A stretch of 64,000 bases of DNA from Chrysomallon squamiferum (Eukaryota; Animalia; Mollusca), in the NCBI GenBank assembly GCA_012295275.1, contig CM022670.1:2914001-2978000 (forward strand), read 5' to 3'. Positions 42,928 through 56,817 of this stretch are shown here, piece by piece. The position numbers were made by a program, and so were the translations under genes. Position 1 is the stretch's first letter; each line of letters starts with the position of its first letter. The notes beneath the pieces were generated by a model. It was not told where the DNA came from. It saw nothing but the letters and a program-made list of their open reading frames with translations, and ran no database searches.

Positions 42928-45036
42928 GTTTTTGTAGAATACTTCAGTAGAATACATAATAATGGACATTACATGGAAATCACATGAAAAAAAAACGAGG
43001 ATAAAGTTATTATTATTATTTTTTTTTTAATCACTAGCATCATCCACTGTGAATAAAACTAGTTTCTAGAATTTATATCCTTCACTTTTTGAGAACTGGA
43101 ACATTGCTGCTTACAGTAAATTAGAATTTATGAATTATAAAAAAAAAAAAAATTAATGTGTTTTTTAATAGACTGAACCTTATTTAAAATGATTGACTGA
43201 TTAAGACTACCTCTTTTCACAAATATCTGCCACATCAATATCAGATTCTAACTTGACAACTTACCTCTTTTCACAGATATCTGCCATATCAACCTCAGAT
43301 TCTAACTTGACAGCTTACCTCTTTTCAGATATCTGCCACATCAATCGCAAATTCTAACTTGACAACTTACCTCTTTTCACAGATATCTGCCATATCAACA
43401 TCAGATTCTAACTGAAGCAGGGTGGCTTTGGCCTGGTCCACCATCATTTCATCAGGACCATCTATATCCTGATCTGGCCTGGAACATCCACCTGCTTCCA
43501 GTAATGTACCAAGCAGAAAATGTTTCTGAAGAAAATGAAGAAAATAAATTTTACATAAAATATAAAAAGGTGATTATTTAACTGTTTGTAAGTGTAATAT
43601 AAAATTTTTGTTTGATTCAGATTTAAAACTAATTTCAAATGGTTTGATAAGTGCCAGTTTAGAAAGATATTGAAGATACAGATCAAATATTCTTGTTATA
43701 TTAATCATTTAATTTACAATAAAGGAAAGAATGAATATTTAATAACACCTAATAGTGTATTAATTAAAAATACACTTTTGATAATAATAATAATAATGTT
43801 TGAATATTTCTCATTAAACATTTTCCTGATTAATAATGATAATTAACGTGACCATATTTTGAAAAAAAAAACAGCTTTTCACTTATAATTATTGAATTCT
43901 TTTTTATCATTGTAAAATATTTTAAAAATGAAAATCCTGATCAACTCACCATAGCAACAAGAAGCAAGAACCATCGTCCAGCCGGCTGCTGGTAACCAAG
44001 GACACCAGGATCTGGCTGATGACAGCGTTGTGTTGGCCACAGCTCCTGCCACACCACCAACTCAGTTACTGACTGCTGGGACATCATCGTCAACAGACCG
44101 TGATGTTTTAAGAAGAGAATGAGATCAACAGAATCCTCCAGTCGGAGGTGAGTGCAAACCTGATAATCCTGTCAACAAAACAACCTTAATATGCATCTTC
44201 CATTTATTACTGAACAAAAGCTCATAGTCATTTTTTAAATGAAATTCAAAGACAGTATTTAGATACTTGTACATACTCATTAAACCATATGTATGTCCAC
44301 CTGTTAGAATATACATATATGTCATCATTTGTGAAACAAAATAATGATCTAGTGAAAAAACACTTTAAAAATTGGTTCCAATTTAATATTTATCTTCTGA
44401 CCACAAAATGTAAATCACAAAAAGCTTTGATAATAACAAAACAAAAAAAATAAGAAAAAATAAAAATGAATTGTATTATAAAATGTTATGTAAGATTCTA
44501 GATAGAGATTTTAACTGTGAAATGAAATTTATATTTACCGACATTAAACCCATTTATAATTCTGACATTTGTTCAAGTGGACACTGCTGTTTGAAAGCTT
44601 GTTTTAATAATTGCTTAGTTTCTCTACAAAAAACATTACAAAACAAGCTAAATAACAATGTGTGTGTGCGTGTGTGTATTATTTATGTTTAGGGATCCCA
44701 TTCTCCAAAGTGCTTTAAACCTCCATATATACAACAAGAAATAATAAAGAGTCAAGTAAATATTGAAAAGTGCATTTCACCTTGTAGAACAGAGAACATC
44801 CCAGTATTGTGAATGATCGTCTGTCTTCAAGTTCATCTTCATCCTAGAACAAGAACATTAAAAATTAAAAAATTAAAAAATATAAAAAATTACTTCTAAT
44901 TAATTTATTCAATGAGATTTAAATTTAACTGTTATTTACATTCAAGTTTACAAATTTCAGTATATGATTTTCATTGCAGGGATTATAAAGAGATCCAATT
45001 TTAGATAAATAAACAAATAAAACAATTATTGGAAAT

Positions 45037-45071
<35 letters not shown>

Positions 45072-46888
45072 ATAGATGAAATAAATAAAGATAATAAAAA
45101 TTAATATAAGAATAAATAAAATAATTTATTTACCATAAACTCCTCAAAATCTGCAGCTTCAAATTCACTGAGAATTTCATCACAGATAAGCTGAAATAAA
45201 TAAACAAAGTCTATCTCTGATTTATTTAAATAAATGTTTTCTTTTATCATTATTTTATCTTTTAAAAAAAAAAAAAAACATTCATCAGATTTAAAATATA
45301 TCTGTTAGAGAAGTCCTAGTTACTCATAATTTTTAAAACACTGATACCTTCTTATCACTTAAACATTAACATTTTTTTTTTAAATAAAAAATAAGTGGTT
45401 GAGGGAATACCCTCAATAGGTTGTCAGGAATGTGAAAAAGAACATGCAAACACATAAACATACACAACAAGATGAATGCACAATACAAAGGATCACAAAA
45501 GTGTGAAAAAGAAAATAACATTATAAAGCTTAATAACCACACATACTTTATTTTCTTCTGACAACTGCAAAAAGGAAATGCCCATGAATGTATTGAGGAA
45601 GACAGAACGAAAATGCAACTCTTCTGAATCCACGGTTGACTGATTAGAGTTGAAAACTTGGTTGAATGTCAAAGCAAACAGTTGATCTAGTTGATTTCTA
45701 TCACAGTGTTTAAAAGCCCTTTTAAAAATATGACAATAAAGATAAGTATCCATGTGTTTTGAAAGTGTTTTACAAAGAATAGTAACAAATTATAGTATAA
45801 GTATGCTGCATTTTAAATGCTCTTAAAAAATAATAACAAATTATTATATATTATATGACAATATTTTAATACTGAATAAAAATTCATTAAACATGAATAA
45901 AATCTGTTTAGACAAACTATTATTTGCTACTGTTTCCTATTATTAATTTTTTTGGTGATAACAATATCTGAAGTTTAAAATTAGAACCAGAAAATGATTT
46001 TACATAATTAACACTTTCTTACTTGTTAAGTCCACCAAACATTACTTGAAGCAACCTGATAATTTGTTCCACAAATTCATTTAAACATGAAAAAGGCATC
46101 CTGCAAAACATCCAAGTAAATTATCTATATAGTATTTCCAACTCTGAATATGTGCATATATATTAACGTAGTATATACTGAAATCAAAAATATTTTGCTT
46201 TCATTTTTCTCTTCACCTACATTAGTTTCAGAAACTTTTAATCTGAAAATTTGTAAATAAATTAAGTAAAAAATAAATAAATAATAAAATTATAAACTCT
46301 TGAAATTGCCTAAAAATGTACAAGTATATTAGTATCTGTGAAAATTGCAACTGAAATTAATATCATTTAAATAGACTTTTTAACATTAAATCTAATTTTA
46401 ATTATCTGAAGTTGTGTTTATCAAAAAATAACATGATGAAAAAGAATGAAAACAAAAATTTTAAAATTTATTATTATACATCTGTTTTTACTTGATTTAT
46501 CAATACAGACCTTTCCTTTTTAAACAAAACAACAGTTGATTTTGCCTGGTATCATTTTTTTTTTTTAATGAGTTTTTAATTTTGTTTATGTGATTGAATG
46601 GATTTAAATTGTCGAAAGCCTAGATGTAATGACAGCAAAATAAATATATTTTAAAAGAAAACAGAATGAAGAATGAATAAAGAAATACCAATAGATTATG
46701 TTGGGTCATATTAAAATAAATACTGTTTTCTTACTTGTCTTGAGGAAGAGCTATCACAAGCACATCAGAATCTTCACACCTGTAAGCTATGTTGATTTGT
46801 TTTTCATCTATTTGTACCAAAGAGCTGTATGCAAAAATAATAATAAATTTATCTGATAAATCCAAAATAATAATTAGTTTTTATTAAA

Positions 46889-46930
<42 letters not shown>

Positions 46931-47321
46931 ACAGATAGATAGACAGATAGACATAACTAAGTTGTAAACAAGAAACAAAATGAAAATTCAAGAATTTTAT
47001 TTAATATAAAAATAATCTTCTGTTAATTAGTTCTTTTTTTTTTGACATATGTTTATATACAAGCAAATATATTAAATAATAACTAACAAAAACACTCACT
47101 TTCTAGGTCTAGAATCAGTGATTTCGACCAAAAAGGAATTTAGAGTCAGAAAAAGTCCTCGAATATCCACAAGTTTTGTATCATAAAATGGATACATATA
47201 AATAATGTCATCCTGCAATAGAAAACAATATTATAAATATATTTAAAGTTTTTCATTTTTTTGTTTTGATGCTCTCTCTTTCTCTTTGTCTCTTCTCAAA
47301 ACATCCAAAATAAAAAATAAA

Positions 47322-47359
<38 letters not shown>

Positions 47360-49717
47360 ACAATAATGAATATACTGGTTACATTATATCATTTGCTATT
47401 AAAATACTAACATTATTTTGTTACATTATATTTAGTTGAGTCAGTGAAGAAATATAAATCCTTATTATTCAGTTAATTTTTGTTTACAAAACAAATATTC
47501 ATAAAAGACAAAAATTTATAATAAAATAAAGATAGGAAAATTTAGACTGGAAATAAAATAATATTTTAAAATATATTTGATGAATTCACACCCGTGAAGC
47601 TTTCGGTTGATCTGATGATGCTGCCAAAGTCAAATACATCAAAGAATAAATGACATCCTCATAGGCCGCTTGACCTCTGCTTATGTCACTTCCTGTTACC
47701 AGTTTGTAGAAGTCTTGATGAGGTGGAGGTGGTGATGGTTTGGATGCTGAAGTGGGTGGTAATGGAGGCTTAGGACCAACAATAACTGGTGACTGGAATG
47801 TTAACTTTACTGGCTAAAAAAAGAAAAAAAAAAAAGTTAAAAATAAATACAAGAAATAAATAATTATGTAAGTATGTGTATACATAGATGATAGGATTAA
47901 AAGAAAACCATTTGATAATATCATGGTGAAGGATGCCATTTTAGACATTTTACAGTGATATGAAATATTAATGTAAGTAAAACTATCTCAATGTAAATGT
48001 TATATTGTTAATTTATAAATGAAATATATCATTATAACTTATGATTTTTACTTACTTCTCTTTTTGTCAAGGTCTGAAAAACCTTGTCAATGTTTAACCA
48101 GTTTACTTCAAAATCATTCAGTGAAATCAACATATCTCCTGAAGAAAAATATAAAAACAAATTATGAAAGAGAAAAGAAAAATTTATATCCATCAATTTC
48201 TTTTATAATACATTGATAAATATTCAAAATAAATGTAGATAAATTAAAAATAAATTATTTAATAATTAATATTATAAACAAAATTAAATTTTAAATCTGT
48301 CATTTAAATATTCTTTGAATGTATCTTTTTTTTGCAAATATAAATAAATGCATTTATTTTTCAATATAATAAACTAAAATTATCTGACATAGCACACTCT
48401 CTTGCATAAATATACAAAATGTTGTTTCTAAATAGTTTTAAAATGCAACCTAAATATATTTTTGATCCATAACTATAAAATTTAAAATTAAACAAAATGA
48501 AGATACCTCTATGAATGTGACCACATTTTTCTGCAGAAGATCGAGGTATAACATCCTGGACAATAATCTTCCTCTCTTTCAACACATTTGTCATGTTCTG
48601 ATCTCCCATTCGACTTGACCCTGTTTTATGATTATACTGGCACAAAATAATACCGAAAAGTTTTTCACACAACACAACACCTGAGTCAACTCCTCGACAA
48701 ACATGCTTGTAATTCGGAAGCAGAACAACGTCCTTGCATCGCTGAACACTTTGACTGTTTTTAACAGAATGGCATGACACAGTGGGACTGGAACAAGAAT
48801 GAGTAGATTTTTCATTTGGAGTATTATGAAGAAACGAATCTGGATATTGTGTAGTTTCACTGTAAAACTTGTCTGACCATTCTCTGTGATGTCTTTGATT
48901 AATTTTTGCTGCACTTTGACACAAACTCCCTGAACAACTTCCTGAATATCTTTGGTTGTCTCTAGAAAGTGAATGAGACCCGTTTTGAATTCTTTCCCCA
49001 TCGCTGTCAAATGTTCTATGATTTGATTCACTGCTGTAACACTCTTGTCCGTTACACAATTCTTGGTCAAGTACTTCACAATTTCTAAAATCTGTGACAC
49101 CCTCAACTCTTCCAGAAGGTTCTGTATTATTTTCTGGTAGAACAGAACTGTACCACTGACTTCTACAGTATTGCTTCTCATGACAATCAGCTCGTCTGAA
49201 GTCTGTGACTTCTTCAATTCTAGGCATTGGTCTCTCCCTTTTACCAGATCCAGAGTGTCGACCATTTCTTTCATGGATTTCATAATCACAAACAGGACTA
49301 TACCCAAGACCACTGTCCATGCTTGGATGTCTAGGAGTATCAAAGTCAAAGTGTTCTCGCTTTCTGTGACCATTTTGATGTTCAGGAATAACATCTGCTG
49401 AGGTATTACAATTTTTTTCATTGTCAAGACTTAGAAAATACACCTCTCCATGTTCTCGGTTTAGATATGTAGTCCACTTACCCCGAAGCTTACTTTAGAA
49501 AATTATAAAAATAAAAATTATAAAAAATTATATATTATACACATAAACACACACTTAACTTAAGCACAGCAAGTTGTAATAAGTTTGGTGAAATATATTG
49601 TAACAAAACGTAGGAATCATGATTCATAAAATTAGCTATTTCAATCATCTGGATCAGTTTCAACTAAACTCATTTTGACTTGCAAATTTATCTTTCAAGT
49701 TTCGTGACTATCAATGC

Positions 49718-49767
<50 letters not shown>

Positions 49768-50050
49768 AATAAAAAATAAAATTTTATTTAATATATAATT
49801 ATGATGAATACGTTTCATTAGGAAATTGTACAAGTTATATATACAATGCTTCTAATTAACTGTGTAGCTTTAAAAGTTTAAGATTCGTGCACGAACGAAC
49901 TCACTCTTCTGGCAAAAATGACGGGCACCGACCGCCTTCATTTTTAGCTTGAGGGAAAGTACGCAATTGGATTCGTCCATGGCTGTCTCCATAAATTTCC
50001 TGTTCATTGTCTGGATCATAAAATGGCCCAATTTTAGGAAAATACGCCAT
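39426..50050 (-). CDS. intu: Protein inturned (CPLANE planar-cell-polarity effector; PDZ + longin domains), 20 exons, 1087 aa
   Basis: Exons (5'->3' on -): 50050-49905, 49492-48507, 48138-48056, 47813-47592, 47212-47100, 46824-46735, 46100-46023, 45718-45547, 45190-45134, 44843-44781, 44168-43950, 43525-43371, 42833-42718, 42469-42401, 41964-41825, 41387-41290, 41097-41073, 40812-40630, 40029-39887, 39531-39426. They sum to 3264 nt in one frame with GT-AG introns, and the start is in an ACCATGG context. Colinear matches to vertebrate INTU as I recall it: [23 protein letters not shown] (PDZ), [83 protein letters not shown]. Confidence 0.95.
43207..43413 (-). repeat. Four tandem ~54-bp copies of the intu exon 12 3' end plus splice donor
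   Basis: Minus-strand unit GTTAGAATCTGATGTTGATATGGCAGATATCTGTGAAAAGAG|GTAAGTTGTCAA; the first copy is coding ([14 protein letters not shown]), the others intronic. Confidence 0.93.
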
Positions 50051-50270
50051 GGTACAGGCTATCTATTGATAAACAGTCCATACATTCTCTTAAATCTCCA
50101 TTTAATGTCACCCATACTGTTTACATCCGGGTAGTGTAACTCCGGTGACATTAAGATCTTACTTGCCAAAGAGCAATTCCTAAGGGGCATTAATCTCAAA
50201 ATTAAAACCCGTGCACGATTTGTGTCAGTTGTGATGTCGTATTGGGTTGAGTTACTTGTTACGTAGGTAA
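50051..50270 (-). promoter_or_regulatory. intu 5' UTR / proximal promoter region
   Basis: Immediately upstream of the intu ATG; CpG-containing, with ACATCCGG and ACTCCGG elements (ETS-like on -). Confidence 0.4.
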
Positions 50271-50369
50271 TCAAGCAATAATGTTATATATTACTAATCT
50301 TAGTGAATACATAATACTGAGATAAACTGATACATATTTAGAAGAAACGGAATAACAGGTATTATTATT

Positions 50370-50432
<63 letters not shown>

Positions 50433-50632
50433 TTAGCGATGATGATGATAATTATGCTGAAGACAGTTGTATGAAATACATTTTTTTTTTTTTTCTTTTT
50501 TTTTTTTTAAAAACATTTTAAATACAAAGTGAGGGCAACCACCATCGTCAAACGAGAAAATACCGCTTTGTGTGACAGAAATCTTCTTAAGCACTGCATT
50601 GTCACGAATGTGTGTGTGTGTGTGTGTGTGTA

Positions 50633-50664
<32 letters not shown>

Positions 50665-51032
50665 TGTGTGTGTATGTGTGTGTGTGTGTGTTTGCACTTA
50701 CATACAATATTAGCTAAACAACCTTTCAGTACGTTTTAACATTTTAATACTAATAACTATATTTTGCATATTGGCAAGAATAAATAAATAAATTAATAAA
50801 ATAATGATTGCAGAGGCTGCAATGTTGTATCGCTAAAAACAACTTATATTTTTATTATTATTTTAAAGTTCATAATGTTGGAGTTATTTTTTTATACGTT
50901 TTAAATATGTTTTCACGTCCAGTTTTCCGTCAACAGTGAGAAAAGTGTAATTACGTCGTCCTTTCTTTAGATACATCGCTGATCAGATACTTATCGAATG
51001 GGAAATATAGTAATAGGCATGATTATATGTCA

Positions 51033-51088
51033 CCTACAAAATAGCAGAGCAAAGATCTTTTACTTGTTTATAAGAGAGGTAGATACAA

Positions 51089-51166
<78 letters not shown>

Positions 51167-52064
51167 AGAAGAAGAAGAAGAAGAAGAAGAAGAAGAAATG
51201 ATTATATTAAAAGCAAGCATAACTTGAAAAAGCCTACCTCCGTGAAACTATTGCTCTGATGCTGTCAAATTCTTGTATTTGTCGTCTTGATTTTCTGATG
51301 TAGGAAACTGGAGTCGTCAAACCAAACATTCTACGTCTTCATTCATCTCTGTTGATTTAGACCATCTCAAGACCATCAACTCTTTCGTCGAGCATAGAAT
51401 CAAATCTTCATTCTCCAGACTTCAGTCATTATTGATACCATACCCTGATAAACATGTACAAAACAATATGATGGAAATTACAAGGAGCAAGTTACAATGC
51501 ATTCAACACATTTTTAACGACAGATTATTTTGCGGTATTAAGAAATCACATAAAATATAGGAAATCTGCTGCTGTCACGTTTGATATACAAATTTTTCTT
51601 TTGTGATTATTTACTCCTTGCTACAGTCTGAAAGTGTTTCCAGAATGCTGAGATTGTGTAACAAATTGATAATAATAAATTAATTAAATATGTGTGCAAA
51701 TGTGATAATTTCGTGAAAGCTAGATGTAAGATAACGTTTCTTTAATATGTCGAATGGTGGGTTGATCAGTGACATTTTGTTGTTTATTTGTACTCGATCA
51801 TGACTGAAAACAGCAGCCAGTAAAAAAAAAAAGCAGAAAATAGGATTTATCTGCACTGTTCAGCGTTGTGTTTTGTATGCTTCACTTGATACGTAGAACG
51901 TTAACCCGAATATATACGATACAAATATCAGTCTTTGTTGTATGTAGTTAGGTTCAAAGCGTAAACATATTTTAATTTTTATTATTTTCTTTTAATTTGT
52001 TTTTTATTTTTTAAGTATTATTATTATTTAAATTTCAGCATGTTTATCTGTGACAGAGGTAGAG

Positions 52065-52130
<66 letters not shown>

Positions 52131-55100
52131 CTCAAAAGCAAAATAGTTTGATGCATAGATAAATAGTAAGAAATACAGACATGTATGTCTGTTTATCTAT
52201 CTATCTACCTGTATATTTATCAATATAGATAACAGTAAAAGTAGTAGTAGTAGCAGCAGCAGTAGTATATGTAGTAGTAAAATTTCATAGCTATTGTTGT
52301 AATATGACCAGCTTCTGAAGTAGTTGTTGCAATAATATTAATATTAATAGTAGTACGAGTAAATAAAGCTGTATTGTAATAACTGTTACTATTTTTACGA
52401 AACAGAAGGGAAAAGGATACGCGAACAAAAGTATCATTTTTTAATAAAGGTCTTAACGTTCTGTGTCTTTCTAAAGCCCATTATCAGCGTTTTATATACT
52501 GTATTGTGTGCGTTTCGTTTAATGCTTAGGAGAAAAAAGAGGCTTGGCGTGGTGATATTAAACTTATTAAAATCTGAAAAACTAACAGCCTGCGACAACG
52601 TCAAATAATCAAATGTGAAGTGACGTTACATGAATTTTCCATTACTTTAACATGAAAAACTGAAATAAATATGAATATAATTGTGATAAACGAATTCAGG
52701 TATATTTAGAAACATGGTTTATTTTAATACTCATTAATAACTGATCAGAATAAAATTAAATTTGTCACTAAAAAGACGGAACGAACTTAATACATACTTT
52801 TTATTTTTTTAATAAATAAACACACATACATAACAATAAAGACACATCTGCACATATATACACACATGCGCACAAATAAACGCTATGAGGTCGGAAGCAA
52901 AATCTATATTTACGTACTGCGTTTGTTTTGATACATTATTTGATGTTTTCATTAATTGATTTTATATTCATATATATATATCAACTCACCTTTTTCTTGT
53001 ATCTTCAGCTAGACACAACAATATTATCCATTATATATTTCCAATAAGAAATCTTCAAAACAGGACATACTGGACTATCCAAGCTGTCATCCAACATTTT
53101 GACTGAAACAAACACACGTACATCTAATCTGCTCCACTGTCTATAGAGATTCTAACTCGGTTAGGTTGCAAAATGCTTCGAATATGCAGGGCATTCTTAT
53201 AAAGAACCTTGGGCTCGTCAGAAGAGTTACATTCATTGATTCAGCAGTTATCTTGGAGTGGACCTGAGAATTTATCATGCGTACTGTCTAAATGTGGAGT
53301 ACAAAGCGAGTTTCAGCAATATGGTAAGTAGCTACATTCCACGAGTAACGCCGAACGTCTGTAAACCAATGTTGTTCAAATACAACTGTCATTTGTTACG
53401 CTACATTCAGATATGTATATATATCTTTGTTAGCTTACAAAATGCCGATTTCGGTTTACCCGAAGCGTGCAGTGATATCACTTATTACCGGGATATGGAC
53501 TGAGGTGTGAAGTATTTCCATCTGATCTGATTTACAAGAGGCGAGGTATGAGAGTTTAGGTGTAAGTACACACACTGAACGGAATGAAATATAACTTTCA
53601 CATTGTGTTAGCACGTACGTTGGACGTCGGTGACAAGTGCAGCGTGGAAGACTTTCACACACTTTAGTGTAACAACAATAATAATAATAACAACAACAAC
53701 AAAAACAGCAACAATAATAAAAACTAAAAACAACAACTACAATAATAATAACAAGAATAGTAATAATAACAATAACGGTAACAACGAAATAGTAATAATA
53801 ATAATAACAATAACAGTGACGATAATAACAACAACAACAGTAATAATAATAGTAGTAGTAGCAATAACAGTAACAACAACAACAACAATAAAAGGAATGA
53901 AAGACTGTTTAAGACATTAAAACACTTTTGTACACAATAATTATATTACTACAAATATTTGCTATTACTACTACTATTACGTACTATTACTATGAATTAC
54001 AAGAAGCAGATAAAACATACAGTCATATTTCTTGAATAATCTTTGAGAGAGAATGCATTAACGATTCAGATATTATTATATCTGTCTATCTATCTATCTA
54101 TCTCTGTCTATCTGTCTGTCTATATTCTTTATCTTTAAGCTAACTGATTAATAAAAAATTAATAATAAATAAATTACTTACGTTTTTGTTTATATAAATA
54201 ATATCAGGCTCTTTAATGTCTGTCCACAATCGTGAATCTTGCTAAAAAGTGAAAAAATTAAAAAAATATATATTAAAAAATATTTTAAAAAACCCCAGAA
54301 ATACAATAAAAACAAATAAAAAATCTTAATTTTTCACAATTCAGTTCAGTATTTATGTGCATGTGTACACTGAGGAGGTCTGCACTTTCATCGTAAATGG
54401 TCTTGTGATAATTTGTATTTTATAATATTCTTACTATTAATATGCGACAAAACAGAGAACCATTTGTTTAACGTGAACATTTTTTTTTTTTTTAACGATC
54501 ACTACTAACTTCAGCATGGCTTAGACTTACCCTAAACTTGTCCAGACAAATATGAAAGACTGGAATACTAGGAAATAGAATCTAAAAGCAAATAAAAATT
54601 CGAGAGCGAAGACAGTTCGTGCGACGATAGAGGATTATAAGTTAAGTAGGATTAACAAAGCAGAGGCATCATGCAACGGTTCAAATGACAAAAACAGACG
54701 AAGTATATCAGCTTCACTGGAATGTTCATCTTCTGACACTATCGTTGTTTGAGTGCTTGTGTTTAAATTTGAACATTTTAATTAGAATTCATAACATTAA
54801 AACTTAACCAGTGCGTTGCTTTTATTCCTGTGACTTGAAAACAATATTCCATCATTTTTATAGGGATGTTATCTGAAATTTGTTTTCTTTTAATAGAAAC
54901 ATTTCTCACAGGGGTGTCATATATTTAGAAATGCTTGTAAATTGTTATTAAAAATTCACTATAGGTTGACAGTAAATAATTAATTACTTTCAAAATGTAG
55001 CATAAACTACCTATTTACCCAAACTTTTTCCATATCAACATTATACCCTAAATTTCTCCAAAATGTTAAAGATGTAGGTTTTTCAAAATATTTGTCAACT

Positions 55101-55600
55101 AATATAGTATAACAAAATTTAGAAGTAGGTGTTATTATCTTATTTCCATTTCTAAAAGATAACAGATTTTCAAAAGACATTTCAACTTCTATTATATTTC
55201 TCCATTCTTGTGGTGTAGCTTGTACATCTTTGTAATGCTTTTTTCTTTAATTTTTGAAAATTTCATATATCACTTCAGTAATGACTTGACTTGGTAAGAA
55301 TCCTGTGCAATAACAATAAATAATGTCAAAAAGTGTACATACACCAAATTTAATATATATACCATATTTGATTAATTTATTATTTAACCTTACTGAATCA
55401 TTATTAAACAATGGTTGCATAAGTATTTGTTCTATTGTGGTCGGCTGAAGTCTTCCATTTTCACTTACCTTGTTAAAACGCTAATAACAGTTCATCATAA
55501 ACTGGAGGTAGTGAACATAAATCACGCTTGTCATGTTTCATTATAAACACATTTTCTTTCTGCTGCATGTTGTTTCTGCTGCGGACACGCCCACTGACCT
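51033..55600 (-). ncRNA. Putative spliced non-coding transcript (or long 5' leader) upstream of intu
   Basis: Ordered exon-like blocks on -: donor at 55469 (AAG|GTAAGT), 54581-54531, 54241-54182, 53102-52990, 51444-51238, acceptor at 51033. Each has a T-rich YAG acceptor and a GTRAG/GTAGG donor; the two longer blocks contain stops in all frames. Confidence 0.4.
51095..51197. repeat. (GA)n(GAA)n microsatellite
   Basis: Direct reading. Confidence 0.95.
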
Positions 55601-56138
55601 GCCAGCTTGCTCTGATTAGCACGTAAGTTAATTTTTTTCACAGATTCAAGGTTCAAGTTGCATGTTACTGTATTGTAAAACAATATAAGTAAGTCTTTTT
55701 TTAATCATTTTAATCAAAATGCTTGTCTTTTGAAGTCAGTATTTGGGAAATTAAGATCTCCGTTTCAAGTTACTGTGTTATATTTTATTTATAATATTTT
55801 CATTCCATAAAAAATCTAAGATTTATTTGGTTTATTTTATTTCTGCCTATTTTGGAATCACTTGTACATTTAAAATATACCACAATTCGTGACAAAAAAA
55901 GTGTACTGAAAACTACAGACGTATCATGTAATGTTTATTGAGGCATTTTCCACAGATTCAAAATGTTTTCCATTTTATTTAATTTCTCTTGCCAGTTATA
56001 AGTGTCATACACTTCTCTGTTTGGTCCGAAAAAAAAACAAAAAAAAACGCCTAGCTATATCTATGTTTGTTTTACAAAGAAAGAGAGAAAAACAACAACA
56101 ACAACAACACCAACAAAAATAAATAAAATAAAATAAAT

Positions 56139-56257
56139 TGTCAGAAGTGGGATTTGAACCCACGCCCACATTCGTGGACCAGAACACTCGTTCACGTTTA
56201 ACACGTGAAGGTAACAAACCTTGAGTCTGGCGCCTTAGACCACTCGGCCATCCTGAC
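56139..56257 (-). tRNA. tRNA-Leu(CAA), 35-nt intron
   Basis: Minus strand GTCAGGATGGCCGAGTGGTCTAAGGCGCCAGACTCAAG [GTTTGTTACCTTCACGTGTTAAACGTGAACGAGTG] TTCTGGTCCACGAATGTGGGCGTGGGTTCAAATCCCACTTCTGACA; A and B boxes, long variable arm, intron one base after the CAA anticodon, T-rich tract downstream. Confidence 0.96.
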
Positions 56258-56817
56258 ATGAGTATCATTGTCAAATATATATTATTTGGTTATAACCGCG
56301 TTAATAACAATGATGCGTAAATTGTGGAAACATTATTATATCATTAATTGTTCTGAGGGTTCGTCTGTTAAGAAGACATTCAATAAATAAATAAATAAAG
56401 AAGTAGAAATTAACGGACAGAAAAATATTGTCAGTAGTGGAATTATTTCACTATTTTCTGTATTCCCATGATGAAAACTCCATAAATTTGTTTACATTTC
56501 AAAAAGAAATAATCAAGAAAAGAAAAACAACAACAAAATATATGTATATAAATTAGTTGGATTTGAACTGTTTCAGGGCTTTCCTACGTTATTCAACTAT
56601 TGGATATTGCTGAAGTACTAGTGTTCATCTAATTCTGTTTTAATAAATAATTTGGTTACTGTTCCAATTAATAATTAAAAAAAAAATGTTAAATTTTTCT
56701 GCGACACTGCTACTGCTGCAGCAACTTCTACAACTTCAACTACTTCTAATATTAATACTAATAAGAATAAGAATTTTAATAATTTGCAGCAAAAAAAAAA
56801 AAAAAAAAAAAAAAAAG

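Noticed and set aside
49905-50020. Alternative intu start [17 protein letters not shown]...
   Set aside because: Ends in phase 1 and meets a stop early in exon 2; the ATG at 50050 gives the continuous frame.
56429-56445. TGTCAGTAGTGGAATT as a fifth tRNA-Leu copy
   Set aside because: Only a ~16-nt partial match to the 3' end; at most a remnant.
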